Assembly: GCF_006345805.1 (NCBI RefSeq)
Contig: NC_043011.1
Span: 14,272,464-14,336,463 of the forward strand
Direction of reading: 5' to 3'
DNA: 64,000 nt
Source: Octopus sinensis
Lineage: Eukaryota
Positions within the stretch are counted from its first letter, which is position 1; each line of letters begins with the position of its first letter. Below, piece by piece: positions 11,690-23,794 of the stretch. The position numbers were made by a program, and so were the translations under genes. The notes beneath the pieces were generated by a model, which saw only the letters and a list, made by a program, of their open reading frames with translations, was not told the origin of the DNA and did no database searches.

Positions 11690-12760
11690 TGTTTGAAACA
11701 TTCAGATGTCGAAAAATAATAGTGGTGATGATGATGGTGACGAACGTTACCTTAACTCAGTTTATGAGACACAGGAATTTCAGAAGAAACTCTGATTGTA
11801 ACAATGACAATAAAGCTGAGCCATTAAGGGAAGGCCCCTCGCTCGAGAAAAGACACTTGGTCAAAGGCTTCTCCCGCGAGAAAACATATTTAGTCAAAGA
11901 AGTCAAAGAGAAAGGATTTGGTACAGTAATAGAAGAGTTGAAACAGCGTATCATAGCAGCAGCAGGCAAGCTTTCCAGATATCAGAAAAAAAATCAGTAT
12001 CAACATAATAGATTATTTGAGACAGACCAGAGGATATTTTATAACCAGATAAATAGTGGAGAACGAAGTACTGAAGATGAGAAACCTAATGCAGAAGAAG
12101 ATAGAAAGTTCTAAAGTAATATTTGGGAAAGCCAGTCAATTATAATGGAAATGCAGTATGGTTAAAGAAAGTGATGGAAGAAGTAGTGAGTGAGAAGCAG
12201 TCAGATCTAAGATTAACTAGTGCCTTAATAAGTAAAGTGTTTGGGAAAATACCAAATTAGAAGGGCTCAGGACCAGATTTAGTTCAAGGGTACTCGCTAG
12301 TAGTTTACATGGGAGGCTGATGGAACAACTTCAAGATTGTCTTAATGGAGGAATAATACCAGATTGGATAACTAGAGGGATGACAATACTCATCATGAAA
12401 GATAAGAGCTAGGGTAATACAGCTAGCAACGATAGACCACTCACTTGCTTACTATTAGTGTGGAAGCTGTTAGCAGGAATGCTTTCAGAAAGCATTTACG
12501 AGCAACTTGACAGCTAGAATTTACTGCCAGAAGAACAGAAAGGTTGCTGGAAGAAGGCTAGAGGAACGCATGATCTATTATATATATACACGACAGAGCA
12601 ATCCACTGGGAGCTATGAAGAAAGCTAGGATTTGAACATACTGATAAATGGTATGAACATGAACCTAGTAAAGTACTGGAAAGTAAGAAATACAAGATGT
12701 GGGACTTTAACATTCAGACTGACAGAGTAATAGAAGCTAGAAGGCCTGATTTAGTAGTAG
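11690..12760 (+). pseudogene. R4/Dong-like LINE fragment with large internal deletion
   Basis: IEELKQRIIAAAGKLSRYQ, NRLFETDQRIFY, GPDLVQGY, PEEQKGCWKKARGTHDLLYI, then jumps at ~12590 to HWEL...WYEHEP...WDFNIQTDRVIEARRPDLVV; followed by (TAG)n 12762-12843. Confidence 0.8.
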
Positions 12761-12763
12761 TAA

Positions 12764-12843
<80 letters not shown>

Positions 12844-12849
12844 CATTAA

Positions 12850-13230
12850 CACTGACACAATAGATGGTATAAACATGTATCAAACAAGGTAGAAGATAAT
12901 TACTAGACCATGATCATCTGGGATATGCTGGTTCAAACCAACAAAGAAATAAAAGCTTATCGCCCAGACATAGTAATCAAGGATTGGGGAAAAAAGCACC
13001 TGCTCGCTGATAGATATTACAATCCCTTCTGATCAAAATATTGTCCAAAAAGACATGGAGAAAGAACAAAGAGAAAGTCTAGAAAGACGTGGAGAAATTG
13101 CCCAAATACAAAGACCTCGAAATTGAAGTATTCAAGATGTGGTGCATGAAGGTGAAAACAATACTTCTAAATTGGAGCATTGAGCATGATAAAAAAACAT
13201 AGGAACAAAAACGTAGATGCTATTCTGGGA
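12850..13230 (+). pseudogene. R4/Dong-like RLE-domain fragment
   Basis: IIWDMLVQTNKEIKAYRPDIVIKD...KYKDLEIEVFKMW. Confidence 0.7.
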
Positions 13231-14089
13231 TTCTGTGGTAATCCAACGTCGGGCTGTTATAACGTCCACTCCGGTATAGCAGTATAGTTAGTTAGACAAG
13301 TAAGACACGACTATTTATGACCGACTAACCCGACTTCTCGACGTCACAGTATTTGTAACGACTACACATACCACTCGTCACGTTGGAAGGGTGTTCCAGT
13401 ATTATTATTATTATCCCCATAGCAGATCCTCAACCTTACACACTATCCAAAAAGTAGCCCTGCAAGAAACAGCCCACGTCCTACACAAGACACTATGAAT
13501 TCAATAATACAACCTAAACAAAACAATCCACAAACACAGGACACAGAAATTATGCCATGAAATAAACTTCTACCAGCAGGCCAAATAACCAACGCATTAC
13601 ACACTCAACACACAATAGAAACAGTAATACAACGAAAGACTGCACCATACCGCAAAAAAGAAAAAAAACTGACGCAGTACAATACCGGAGAGAGTCTGCA
13701 CACTCCCAAAACAGAAACGAGCACCCAATGTTGCACACACCCCAACGACACGGAGGTGTAGCATGTGGTGTAGCAGAAATTTACCTGAAACTACCAAATG
13801 TTGAACAATGATGATGATGATGATGATGATGACGACGATGACGACGACGATCATAATGGTTTCAAATTTTTGCACAAAACCTTCAATGTTGACGAAAGAA
13901 GTTAGATGATCACATTGATCCCAGTAGTTCATTTCATTTTATCGATCCGAGGGATGAAAAACAAAGTTAATCTTGATAAAGATTTCTTTTATTTGCCACC
14001 AGAGGGACAACTGATGTTGCAATTACAAAGACAGACATAAAGCGTTGAGGTTAGTTAGAAAATCGAATGATGAAAGAAAGAAAAACGTG

Positions 14090-15085
14090 GGATCTTTACC
14101 TTTTGACCGGCAGATTTAGAAAATATTTTTTGTAACTAAACACTTTAAAACTTCGTAAACTGGTAGAATGTGTCATATAAGACATCTTTTACTGTTAGCA
14201 TTTTTGAGAAAAGTTTATATTTACGAAGTTATTTCGTGTTAAAGTTGTCGTATTTCGGTAATTTCAACCAATCAATGACGTGTATTCAACTGAATAAAAT
14301 TACTGCCGTTGTTTGTCAACAACAACTTCCGGTGGTGTATATTTCGTTTGTCACTGTTATTCAAGACATCGTTATGCGTTTGTACTGATTTTAGCTTTAA
14401 GGTGTTAGGGTTATGGTTTCAGTGTTAGGGTTTTAGGGTTAGGGTTAGGATTAGGGTTTTAGGGTTAGGGTTTTAGAGTTAGGGTTGAAGTTTTAGGGTT
14501 AGGGTTTTAGGGTTAGGGTTTTAGGGTTAGGGTTAGGGTTTTAGAGTTCGGGTTAGGGTTAGGGTTTTAGGTTAGGGTTAAGGTTAAGGCTTTAGGGTTA
14601 GGATTAAAGTTTTAGGGTTGGTATTTTAGGGTTAGAGTTACCAAAAAAATGAAAAATGAAGAAATTGGAGGGGCATGGGGGTGGGGCAAAAAGTCTTTCC
14701 GAAAATAGTAGCTGAAAAACAGGAAAAAAAAAAACTAAAAGCAATAGGAATGCACGAAAGATTATGGTGGTGCTATGAAGTAAACCTGCTTCAGATACAC
14801 TCGTTTATTCTTACAAACGTAACTGATATGAAATATGTCATAAATAACAGTGACAAACGAAATATACACCACCGGAAGTTGTTGTTGACAAACAACAGCA
14901 GATTGGTTGAAAGTACCGAAATACAACAACTTTAACACGAAATAACTTCGTAAATATAAACTTTTCTCAAAAACGCTAACAGTAAAATATGTCTTATATG
15001 ACACATTCTACCAGTATACGAAGTTTGAAAGTGTTAAGTTACAAAAAATTATTTTCTAAATCTGCCAGTCAAAAGGTAGAGATCC
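14090..15085. mobile_element. Foldback-type non-autonomous DNA transposon, ~290-bp TIRs, internal TTAGGG array, 8-bp TSD
   Basis: GGATC...GATCC termini; TSD AAAACGTG at 14082-14089 and 15086-15093; arms ~14090-14385 and ~14800-15085 are reverse complements; TTAGGG/TTTTAGGG array 14395-14640. Confidence 0.9.
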
Positions 15086-15099
15086 AAAACGTGAAATGT

Positions 15100-15400
15100 A
15101 AGAATATATGACATACAAATAATGAAAGATGACGATAAAGCAATTCTCCTGATGCAGGAGGATCTCTATCTAGGGTCAAGCAAGGAACCTCATGGATCCA
15201 AGGTCATTCCGAATACTAAACGCATGTGGTTTCTCTAAGTGTTGTTCACAGACTTACAGTTGTATACTAAGGGCAATTTCATTCAATCTTACCATTTTTG
15301 CAATTCTCACCCACTTTGCAATAAAATCTCTTCAGGTTAGCACCTCTCTCTACACCTTTACCTTCTTTACAAGTGAATCTTTTCATGTTTATTAATTTTC
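15100..15400 (-). pseudogene. Possible L1/Tx1-clade ORF2 C-terminal/3' fragment
   Basis: Stop-interrupted DSLVKKVKV*REVLT*RDFIAKWVRIAKMVRLNE resembles Tx1-type ORF2 ends (recognition only). Confidence 0.4.
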
Positions 15401-15458
15401 ATTTTTTTTTGTTTTGTTTTACTGAGGGTTAAACAATTTTTTTACTTGGGGAAGATAG

Positions 15459-15872
15459 GGATCTTTTCGGTTTGAACAGCAGTTTTTTCTAGCGGTGTCA
15501 TATGAAATTATCACCCATAATTATGACCCTAGTATCGATCTATTGCATTTCAATCTGTTTTAGGGTTAGGGGTGGGGGAAGGGTATCTTTTTTTCTTCAC
15601 AAATTTAAATAAACCCAATCTGTTTCTTAAACGAGGGACATATTCATACGGCACAGGATGTTTTTTTTACCTCAATAGACGTCACTGATTGGTTGAAATT
15701 TGCAGAAATTGAAGAAAAAAAACAACAAATATCTTACAAGCTATAGAATTTTCTCAATAAAGCCAAGAGAAAAGGATGTTTTATAAACACATTCTACCAG
15801 TATACGAAGTTTAAAAGTGTTTAGTTACGTGGAAATTATTTTTAAAAACTGCCGTTCAAACCGAAAAGATCC
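15459..15872. mobile_element. GGATC MITE, copy 2 (opposite orientation to copy 1)
   Basis: Same TIRs and body as 561-984; TSD GAAGATAG (15451-15458) / GGAGATAG (15873-15880), 7/8 match. Confidence 0.9.
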
Positions 15873-16402
15873 GGAGATAGCCCAAATTTTTAATGGGGGT
15901 GAGATAACCAAAAAGTACCAAAGAGTCTCTCTCATGGTATCTATTGCAGTATACTTTGTTCTAACAGAACATCCACGTTTAAGTGGGGATAAATATTAAA
16001 TCTATTTCTCTTTTTGAAAAATTCTGGAGGGAGTGTTCTATATACTTTGTCATACAGACTCTCACTACCCTCGTGAAAAGTATCTACTTTTAAAACCACA
16101 GCAATATATACGCAGTTTCTAAGACAATACCACAGACGATTCTTTTTTACACTCCAGAAAGGAGTTGTGCCTTAATAAATATAAAGCCTTCATTCTAAAA
16201 TAAAACAAGAGCAAAAAACAAAACATGTGGTCCCTCTAACGGTTACAGCTACCACAAGGGAAATAATCATTTCGTTATAAATCAAAATGGATTTGTAAAT
16301 TTCAAATAGAAATTAAGGAATTATGAGAAAAATGTTGCATAGAATACACACATATGCACACACGCACGTACGCACACACACACACTCATACATAATTACA
16401 TA

Positions 16403-17450
16403 CTAGGATCGGCTATAAAGTTCATCGGCTGACCAAGATGATTTAATGGAATGCGACCGGTTAAGGTTTATTTTTCAACATAGTCCCCCTTGTGGTCCAC
16501 ACACTTCTTCCATTGGTGTTGCAGTGCTTGGATCCTATTGGTGAAGAAGCTTTCATCCTGTCCCTCAAAGTAGTCATCAAAGACAGATATGATGTCATCA
16601 TCACTGACACTGATTCCCTGCCAAGAATGTTTTCACGTTGGGAAATAGATGATTGTCAGATGGGAATAAATCAGGAGAATAGGGATGGTGGTCAACCAGT
16701 TCAAAGCCACAGTCAAGCACAGCAGCCGTTGAAACCAAGGACTTGTGTGCTGGAGCATTGTCATGATGAATCAAGACCTTTTTCGTCAGTTTTGCTGAGT
16801 GTTTGGTTTTCATAACCTGTTGTAACTGCTTTGGCATGTTGGCATAGTACTCTCCATTGATGGTGTGGCCCTTTTGAAGATAATCAATAAACATAATGCC
16901 TTTTGCATCTAAAAAGACTGTAACCATCACCTTCCCTGTACATGAAGCAACCTTAGTCTTTTTTGGAGCAGGTAAGGAGAGGTGTTTCCACTGCATGGAT
17001 TATCTACTCTTTTACTCTTTTATTTGTTTCAGTCATTTGACTATGGCCATGCTGGAGTACCACTTTTGGTTCAAAGTGAGGAGCCCAACACTCATCCATG
17101 GTTAGGAAATGTTCAAGGAAACCAGCTGGATTAACCACAAATAATGTCAGAATTTCCTCCAATATTATCAGCCCGGTGCACTTTTGCTCACATGTCAGAT
17201 GTGGTACCCACTGTACAGAAACCTTTGTCATGCCAAGTTTATCAAGTAGAATATTCTCAACTCTCTTACTAATAGCATTGGCTATTTGATTTCTAGTCAA
17301 TTGCCTGTCATCTGTCACCATGTGATGGACACAATCAATGTTTTCGTCAGTAGAAGTAGCTGCAGACCTTGGGTCATCTTGAAGACACTCCTTTCCTTTC
17401 CTGGATTCAGCTGCCCATATTTTTACTCCTGAATATGTCAGCATGAATAC
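16403..17450 (-). mobile_element. Mariner (irritans/Hsmar2-like) transposase pseudogene, 5'-truncated
   Basis: QWVPHLT, FLEHFLTMDECW, GKVMVTVFLDAKG, HHDNAPAHKS, HPYSPDLFPSDNHLFP, WKKCVDHKGDYVEK*; SINE tail fragment inserted ~17000-17065. Confidence 0.88.
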
Positions 17451-17548
17451 TCTTGGGGACTAACACCAGGTTATTAGTATATATATATATATATATACAT
17501 ATATATATACATATATATATACACATATATATACACATATATATATAC

Positions 17549-17618
<70 letters not shown>

Positions 17619-17854
17619 TACAAAGTGAGATAGGGGTTATGAGTGTAACCCACTATGGGATGTCAGTTACCCAATATACTGGTAGTGAAGCACCCAAAAG
17701 GCAAATTTTTATGGTATTATCTTACTTATTGATGTATATTGTTTTATTTTGTTGGATTTGGATGTTCCTATTTATGTGGTTAATAAATAATATGAATTGG
17801 TAATATCTGTAAGTCAATGATTGAAATGAATCTGTTCCTCCATTTTCTTATTTG

Positions 17855-17904
<50 letters not shown>

Positions 17905-18002
17905 TGATAAAAATGCTAAGACAACAAAAGAATGAAAGAGACCTCGATATTATGTAAATAGAGGAATTTATCTGTAAATGTAATATGTGACAATTGTTCG
18001 GT

Positions 18003-18074
18003 AGCCATGATAAAACTCTGAGTTTCGGATGCCGAGGTGGAAACCCACGCCGCCATCTCTTCAGTTATCTGGCC
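18003..18074 (-). ncRNA. Type I hammerhead ribozyme candidate
   Basis: Minus-strand RNA GGCCA-GAUAA-CUGAAGA-[13-bp stem II, GUUU loop]-C-GAAA-CUC-A-GAG-UU/UUAUC-A-UGGCU; complete core, stems I, II and III pair by eye. Confidence 0.7.
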
Positions 18075-18171
18075 ATTGGAAAAAATGCTATGAAAATGAC
18101 CGTTATACAAAGGGAAATTACTGTGTGATTGACCGTTATTACGACAAAAGAGCTATTTGAATGACCGCTAA

Positions 18172-18383
18172 GTGAGGGGAGGGAGTAAAAGTAAGGGGTT
18201 ATAAAGGTTCATAGTATTCGCGTAAGCGCACATGTCAATACCTACATATGTGCACCTGCACACCCACATACATACGCCTATAAGTATGTGGGTGTGTGGG
18301 TGCGCATGTGTAGGTATGGACATGCATGCTTACGTGAATACTATGAACCTCTTTACCCCCTTACTTTTACTCCCTCCTCTCAC
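18172..18383. mobile_element. Palindromic MITE-like foldback (~100-bp arms, ~12-nt loop)
   Basis: GTGAGGGGAGGGAGTAAAAGTAAGGGG...CACCCACATAC pairs with GTATGTGGGTG...CCCCTTACTTTTACTCCCTCCTCTCAC; TA-like flanks. Confidence 0.75.
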
Positions 18384-18448
18384 TATACTTGACATTCTCT
18401 GCATTGTACAGAAAAACACCTTCAGACAACTTGAAATCCATATTTCCC

Positions 18449-19252
18449 AACATTGAAATTCTCTCAGAATGTTCCTGTTCAGCATATTAACCAACTCACA
18501 GAGGAATGTTCATTTTCAAGACAGCAAAAACAAGACAATAACATTTGAATTGTATCTTCACTCATGTCCAGGGAAAATGGCTTCCTGAAGATCCTTGATT
18601 TCAGTGTCAAGAAAATTTCACAAACATTTGTGTTGAACACTTGATTAGTATACAAATAATTCATACAGATTCCATACTGATCAAAATTTGAAGGAGAGAC
18701 TAAATATTATTGACTTCATAAAGCTTTTTATCCTTTTGGGGGTTTGTTAGAATTAAATACCAACTGAGCAAAGGGATTGAAGTAATCGACTTAAACCTTC
18801 CTCTAAAATAGCTGTCCTTTTGCCAAAATTTCTTCATCTCCTCCTCCTCCTCCTCCTCCTCCTCCTCGTCCTTCTTCTTCTCCTCCTCGTCCTTCCCTCC
18901 ACTTCCTCCACCGCCTCTGCCTCCACTGCTGCCATCCTCCCTCATTCTCCCTCTTTCTTCTTCTTCTTCTTCTTCTTCTTCTTCTTCTTCTTCTTCTTCT
19001 CCTCCTCCTCCCTCTTCCTCCTCCTCCTCCTCCTTCTTCTTCTCTTCTTCTCCTCCTTCTTCTTCTCTTCTTCTCCTCCCCTCCTCTTCCTCCTCCTTCT
19101 CCTCTTTCTTCTTCTCCTCCTCCTCTCCTCCCCTCCTCTTCCTCCACCGCCTCTGCCTCCACTGCTGCCATCCTCCCTCTTTCTTCTTCTTCTTCTGGAG
19201 TTTAGTATCACACCTTAAAAGCTTTTAGGAATTTAATATTACAATCACTAAT
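18449..19252. repeat. Inverted duplication, arm 1 (partner 22630-23245)
   Basis: 18449-18835 and 19190-19252 match the reverse complement of 22860-23245 and 22630-22690; both arms contain a (CTT/CCT)n tract of different length. Confidence 0.92.
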
Positions 19253-19665
19253 TATGTATGTATAGAGAGAGAGAAAGTCATGCAGAAAGTTTAAGTGAAA
19301 GAGAAAGAAATAAGAGCGGACAATGATATTAGGAAGAAATATAATTTAATTTCAATCGAAGAATAACAATTGATTTAGTTGATGACATATAGTAAAGCAA
19401 TGTCACAGAATATGAAGTGAATGGAAGGTAGGCGAGCATTCACTAGTCACTAGTGAAGTCAGATAGTCAAACTTCAACTTGAAGAACATTCCAGCATCTT
19501 GGAAAATAATAAGACGGTCAGTTTATCTGTAATTAGAGATTGATATTATGTCAAGGGTTATTGAATCTTTGTTGTGTAAAAGGTGAGAGATGGCAACAGA
19601 CACACAACACAATCAGTCTTTAATAGAGAGCTTTACATACTATTCTTTAATTAACATTGATATAT

Positions 19666-20093
19666 TACTCTTTTACTCTTTTACTCTTTTACATGTTTCA
19701 GTCATTTGACTGCGGCCATGCTGGAGCACTGCCTTTAATCGAGCAACTCGACCCCAGGACTTATTCTTTTGTAAGCCCAGTACTTATTCTATCGGTATCT
19801 TTTGCTGAACCGCTAAGTAACGGGGACATAAACACACCAGCATCGGTTGTCAAGCAATGCTAGGGGACAAACACAGACACACAAACACACACACGCATAT
19901 ATACATATATACATATATACGACAGGCTTCTTTCAGTTTCCATCTACCAAATCCACTCACAAGGCTTTGGTCGGCCTGAGGCTATAGTAGAAGACACTTG
20001 CCCAAGGTGCCACGCAGTGGGACTGAACCCGGAACCATGTGGTTGGTAGACAAGCTACTCACCACACGGCCACTCCTGCGCCTATTGATATAA
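19666..20093 (-). mobile_element. tRNA-derived SINE family B (Octopus-type), full length
   Basis: Head AGGCGCAGGAGTGGCCGTGTGG...GGTTCAGTCCC; tail ...GACTGAAACATGTAAAAGAGTAAAAGAG; many copies in window. Confidence 0.88.
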
Positions 20094-20425
20094 TGTAAAT
20101 ATTTGCAAAACAACCTTCAGTATTCTTTAACATTTCTATGGTTATGAATATGGCTGATTGCAGCATAAATCTATTAACGCTTGACTTACAAATAACAGTA
20201 AAAAGATAATGGCACATATTAAATGTGAAGCTAATTAGATTGTGAATTTTTTGTCAAACCATCAAGGAAGCCCCGTTAAGGTCGTTTCACCTGCTAGAAA
20301 TAGCATCCAAGTCATTCAAATTACATCCCACCATCTGAAAACAGAAAGAAACATTGGTCAGTTTAATCCTATGGAATATGGAACAGTCCTAGCTGGAACT
20401 TTGCTTGATCAAAGCAAAAAATCAA

Positions 20426-20462
<37 letters not shown>

Positions 20463-20632
20463 GTTTAACGTCCGCTTTCCATGCTAGCATGGGTTGGACG
20501 ATTTTGACTGAGGGCTGGTGAACCAGATGGCTGCACCAAGGCTCCAATCTTGATCTGGCAGAGCTTCTACAGCTGGATGCCCTTCCTAATGCCAACCACT
20601 CTGAGAGTGTAGTGGGTGCTTTTTACGTGCCA
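20426..20632 (-). mobile_element. RTE-type 3' end with (GAT)n tail (family G)
   Basis: GTTGGCATTAGGAAGGGCATCCAGCTGTAGAA...CCATGCTAGCATGGAAAGCGGACGTTAAACGATGATGATG on minus strand. Confidence 0.75.
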
Positions 20633-22119
20633 CAAAACTATTTGTATTTGAAATATTTAAAATCTTACAGAGACAGTTACAACAGAAATTCAATGTGTAA
20701 TCTGATATCAGGATATTTTACAAAATTAACATTTAAACTTTACCAGCTTTGATAAAAACTGCAAGGGTATTCAAAAAATTTGGGATATTATATATATTGT
20801 ATTTTTAATTCATTAAATTTAATTATTGCTCATCTATTTATTTTCAAAATGTAAATTAACTTACATTAACTTTACAGTTCTTTGTCGGTCTTGAAACTGG
20901 AGAAGAAAGGATGGAAGGAATGAAAGAAAAAGAATGAATGAATGAAAAAGTCATGCTGATTATCATCTTAGAGAGCCAGCAATCTGAAGGCTGCTCTCCA
21001 AATTCTCCATAGTAGAAATATCAATGGATACTGGTTTCCTATTTATATACAAAATTTAAAGAGTATATTCAATTGAATTACCCATGAGTATAACACTGGA
21101 ACTTATTTTATCGATCATAGATTAATGAAGGATAGCAACAACTTAATTAGGATTTGAACTCAAACTCAAAGAACTGAATGTGAACCCAGTCCATCATTTT
21201 TTTTGTTTTCTATATCCACTGCCAAAACTAATAATAATGATTAAATTATATAGACACCAAATTGAACTTTGAAATAAGTTTCTGGAAACATAATTCTAAC
21301 AATAGTAGTATGATCACTCTCTAAAATCATTAGAGATAATTATTTCATGTTTGCTCAAGAATCGGTAGAAGATTACATCAGCTGAAACCTCTGATCTTTG
21401 TACAGTCTGAATTCAAAAGACAATTAGAGTTAAGTTGATCTTTTACACTACTATTATCAATAAAGAAAAATAATTAGTATGAAATGCAATTAACTACACC
21501 ACATCTTTAAATATTAGCCTTCTGCCTAAGTGTAAAGAGGGTGAAATATTCTAGAAAATCAGAAATAATTCAGAAATTATTTCTAAGTCCAGGTGATCTT
21601 GAAGTCCTATATTTATGATTAATTACAGTAAGCCAATTTACTTTTGGAGCATAATGAAAAAATAGGTTTATAATCTGGAAGAGTTCAAAATACTAAAACT
21701 ATAACTATTGTAACTCACAGAGAATACTTTCAACACCAAGCAAAGAAGATGTAATGACCATTACAATATATTTTCAGGTGTAGGTGGGGTTCTGTAATCA
21801 AAACGTTCCTTTCAAAAGCATACGGTTTCTGGTTGGCATCGTGGACAAATGTCATCTTCTATAGTCTCAACTGAAGTCTTGAGATAAGCAGAAACTGTTG
21901 CTGAGTTTCATCAAAGAGACCACTTTCCTGTTCTTAGACGGTAGGCTTAATCTGTCATCTAATGTAACACCACCACCTGGCTGTTGACTGCCTTTTGTGG
22001 GTCCCCTCCATTACAGGTATTGAGGTAAATTCTCCACTTTAATGATAAACTTCATCTCTTAAGCTCATCAATTTCAGAGGTCATAGTTGCTGGCTGACTG
22101 ATTAAATAAAACAGTCTTA

Positions 22120-22390
22120 AATTAAAATTCAGCTTCCCAACCACATGGTTCCAGGTTCAATCCCACTGCATGGCACCTTGTGTGTCTGTGTTTGTCCCCA
22201 TACCATCGCTTGGCAAATGATGTTGGTGTGTTTACATCCCCGTAAATTAGCAGTTCAGAAAAAGGGACCAATAGAATAAGTACTAGGCTTACAAAGAATA
22301 AATCCTGGGATCGATTTGTTCTACTAAAGGCAGTACTCCAGCATGGCCACAGTCAAATGACTGTAACAAGTGAAATAAATAAAAGAATAA
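22120..22390 (+). mobile_element. SINE family B, internally deleted
   Basis: Matches head and tail of the 19666-20093 family. Confidence 0.8.
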
Positions 22391-22629
22391 AAGAATAGCT
22401 AAATAAATGAGATTGTCAGTTCATCATCATCATTATTCAACATCCGTTTTCCATGTTAGGAGGTCTATAGCATAATCAGTAATATGGTAACAGAATTTAA
22501 GTCCTACCTGTGGAGCAGTTTCTAATATCAAATATCAACACAACACTTTCTCATTCTGGATCTGAGTTCTGCCATCCTTATTTCCCTAAAAAAAAAAATA
22601 CTTAATAATTAATAGTTATCATAACCGTG

Positions 22630-23245
22630 ATTAGTGATTGTAATATTAGATTCCTAAAAGCTTTTAAGGTTTGATGCAAAACTCCAGAAGAAGAAGAAGG
22701 AAGAAGGGGGATGAGGGAGGATGGCAGCAGTGGAGGAAGAGGAGGAGAAGGAGGAGAAGAAGAAGAAGAAGAAGAAGAAGAAGAAGAAGAAGGAGGAGGA
22801 TGGCAGCAGTGGCGGTCGAGGAAGAGGAGGAGGCGGGGGGAGGAGGAGGAGGAGAAAAAGAAGAAATTTTGGCAAAAGGACAGCTATTTTAGAGGAAGGT
22901 TTAAGTCGATTACTTCAATCCCTTTGCTCAATTGGTATTTAATTCTAACAAACCCCCAAAAGGATAAAAAGCTTTATGAAGTCAATAATATTTAGTCTCT
23001 CCTTCAAATTTTGATCAGTATGGAATTTGTATGAATTATTTATATACTAATCAAGTGTTCAACACAAATGTTTGTGAAATTTTCTTGGCATTGAAGTCAA
23101 GGATCTTCAGGAGGCCATTTTCCCTGGACATGAGTGAAGATACAATTCAAATGTTATTGTCTTGTTTTGCTGTCTTGAAAATGAACATTCCTCTGTCTGT
23201 TGGTTACTATGATGAACAGGAACATTCTGATGGAATTTCAGTGTT
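22630..23245. repeat. Inverted duplication, arm 2 (partner 18449-19252)
   Basis: Reverse-complement match to arm 1. Confidence 0.92.
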
Positions 23246-23411
23246 TCAGATGTTCGCATTCATTTAGGTCAGTCTAATGAAGGACCTTGTAATACACATT
23301 AATGAGATGTTCACACTTTTTGTTTAGCTCATCATCAGAACTAATTATTTTCGATTCACTGAAGAAAGAAATCAGATTTCAAATCTGTTTTCCTTCTAAA
23401 CAATGAATCTG

Positions 23412-23745
23412 TGACCCCCTTCGGTCACAACACAGACCATGGGATTGCACCTAGAAAGTTACCCTCCCAGGCACAAGTCAGGGTAAGGTTGTTTATGGAA
23501 GACCAGCAGTCTCCCATGCATACCGGCCTCCCCTCTCCACACCACCAGTGTTATCCAAGGAAAGGCAAAGGGGCCGATACAGCTTGGCACCTGTGACGTC
23601 GCAACTCATTTCTACAGCTGAGTGAACTGGAGCAACGTGAAATAAAGTGTCTTGCTCAAGAACACAACATGCAGCCCAGTCCGGGATTCAAGCTCACAAC
23701 CTCACGATTGTAAGCTCGACGCTTTAACCACTGAGCCATGCTTCA
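23412..23745 (-). mobile_element. tRNA/CORE-like SINE family D
   Basis: Reverse complement of 34914-35256. Confidence 0.82.
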
Positions 23746-23794
23746 ACGTAATATATAGCTGCCATTTTGCAGAGTCTAGTAAGGTGAATATGCG

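Noticed and set aside
14395-14640. True telomere or chromosome-fusion site
   Set aside because: Degenerate, single orientation, and enclosed in a TIR/TSD-bounded transposon
18585-18630. CTGAAGA...GAAA hammerhead-like spacing in the inverted duplication (also CTGAGGACTCGAAAC at ~179 and a minus-strand motif at ~35860-35890)
   Set aside because: No stem I pairing next to the core, or no stem II
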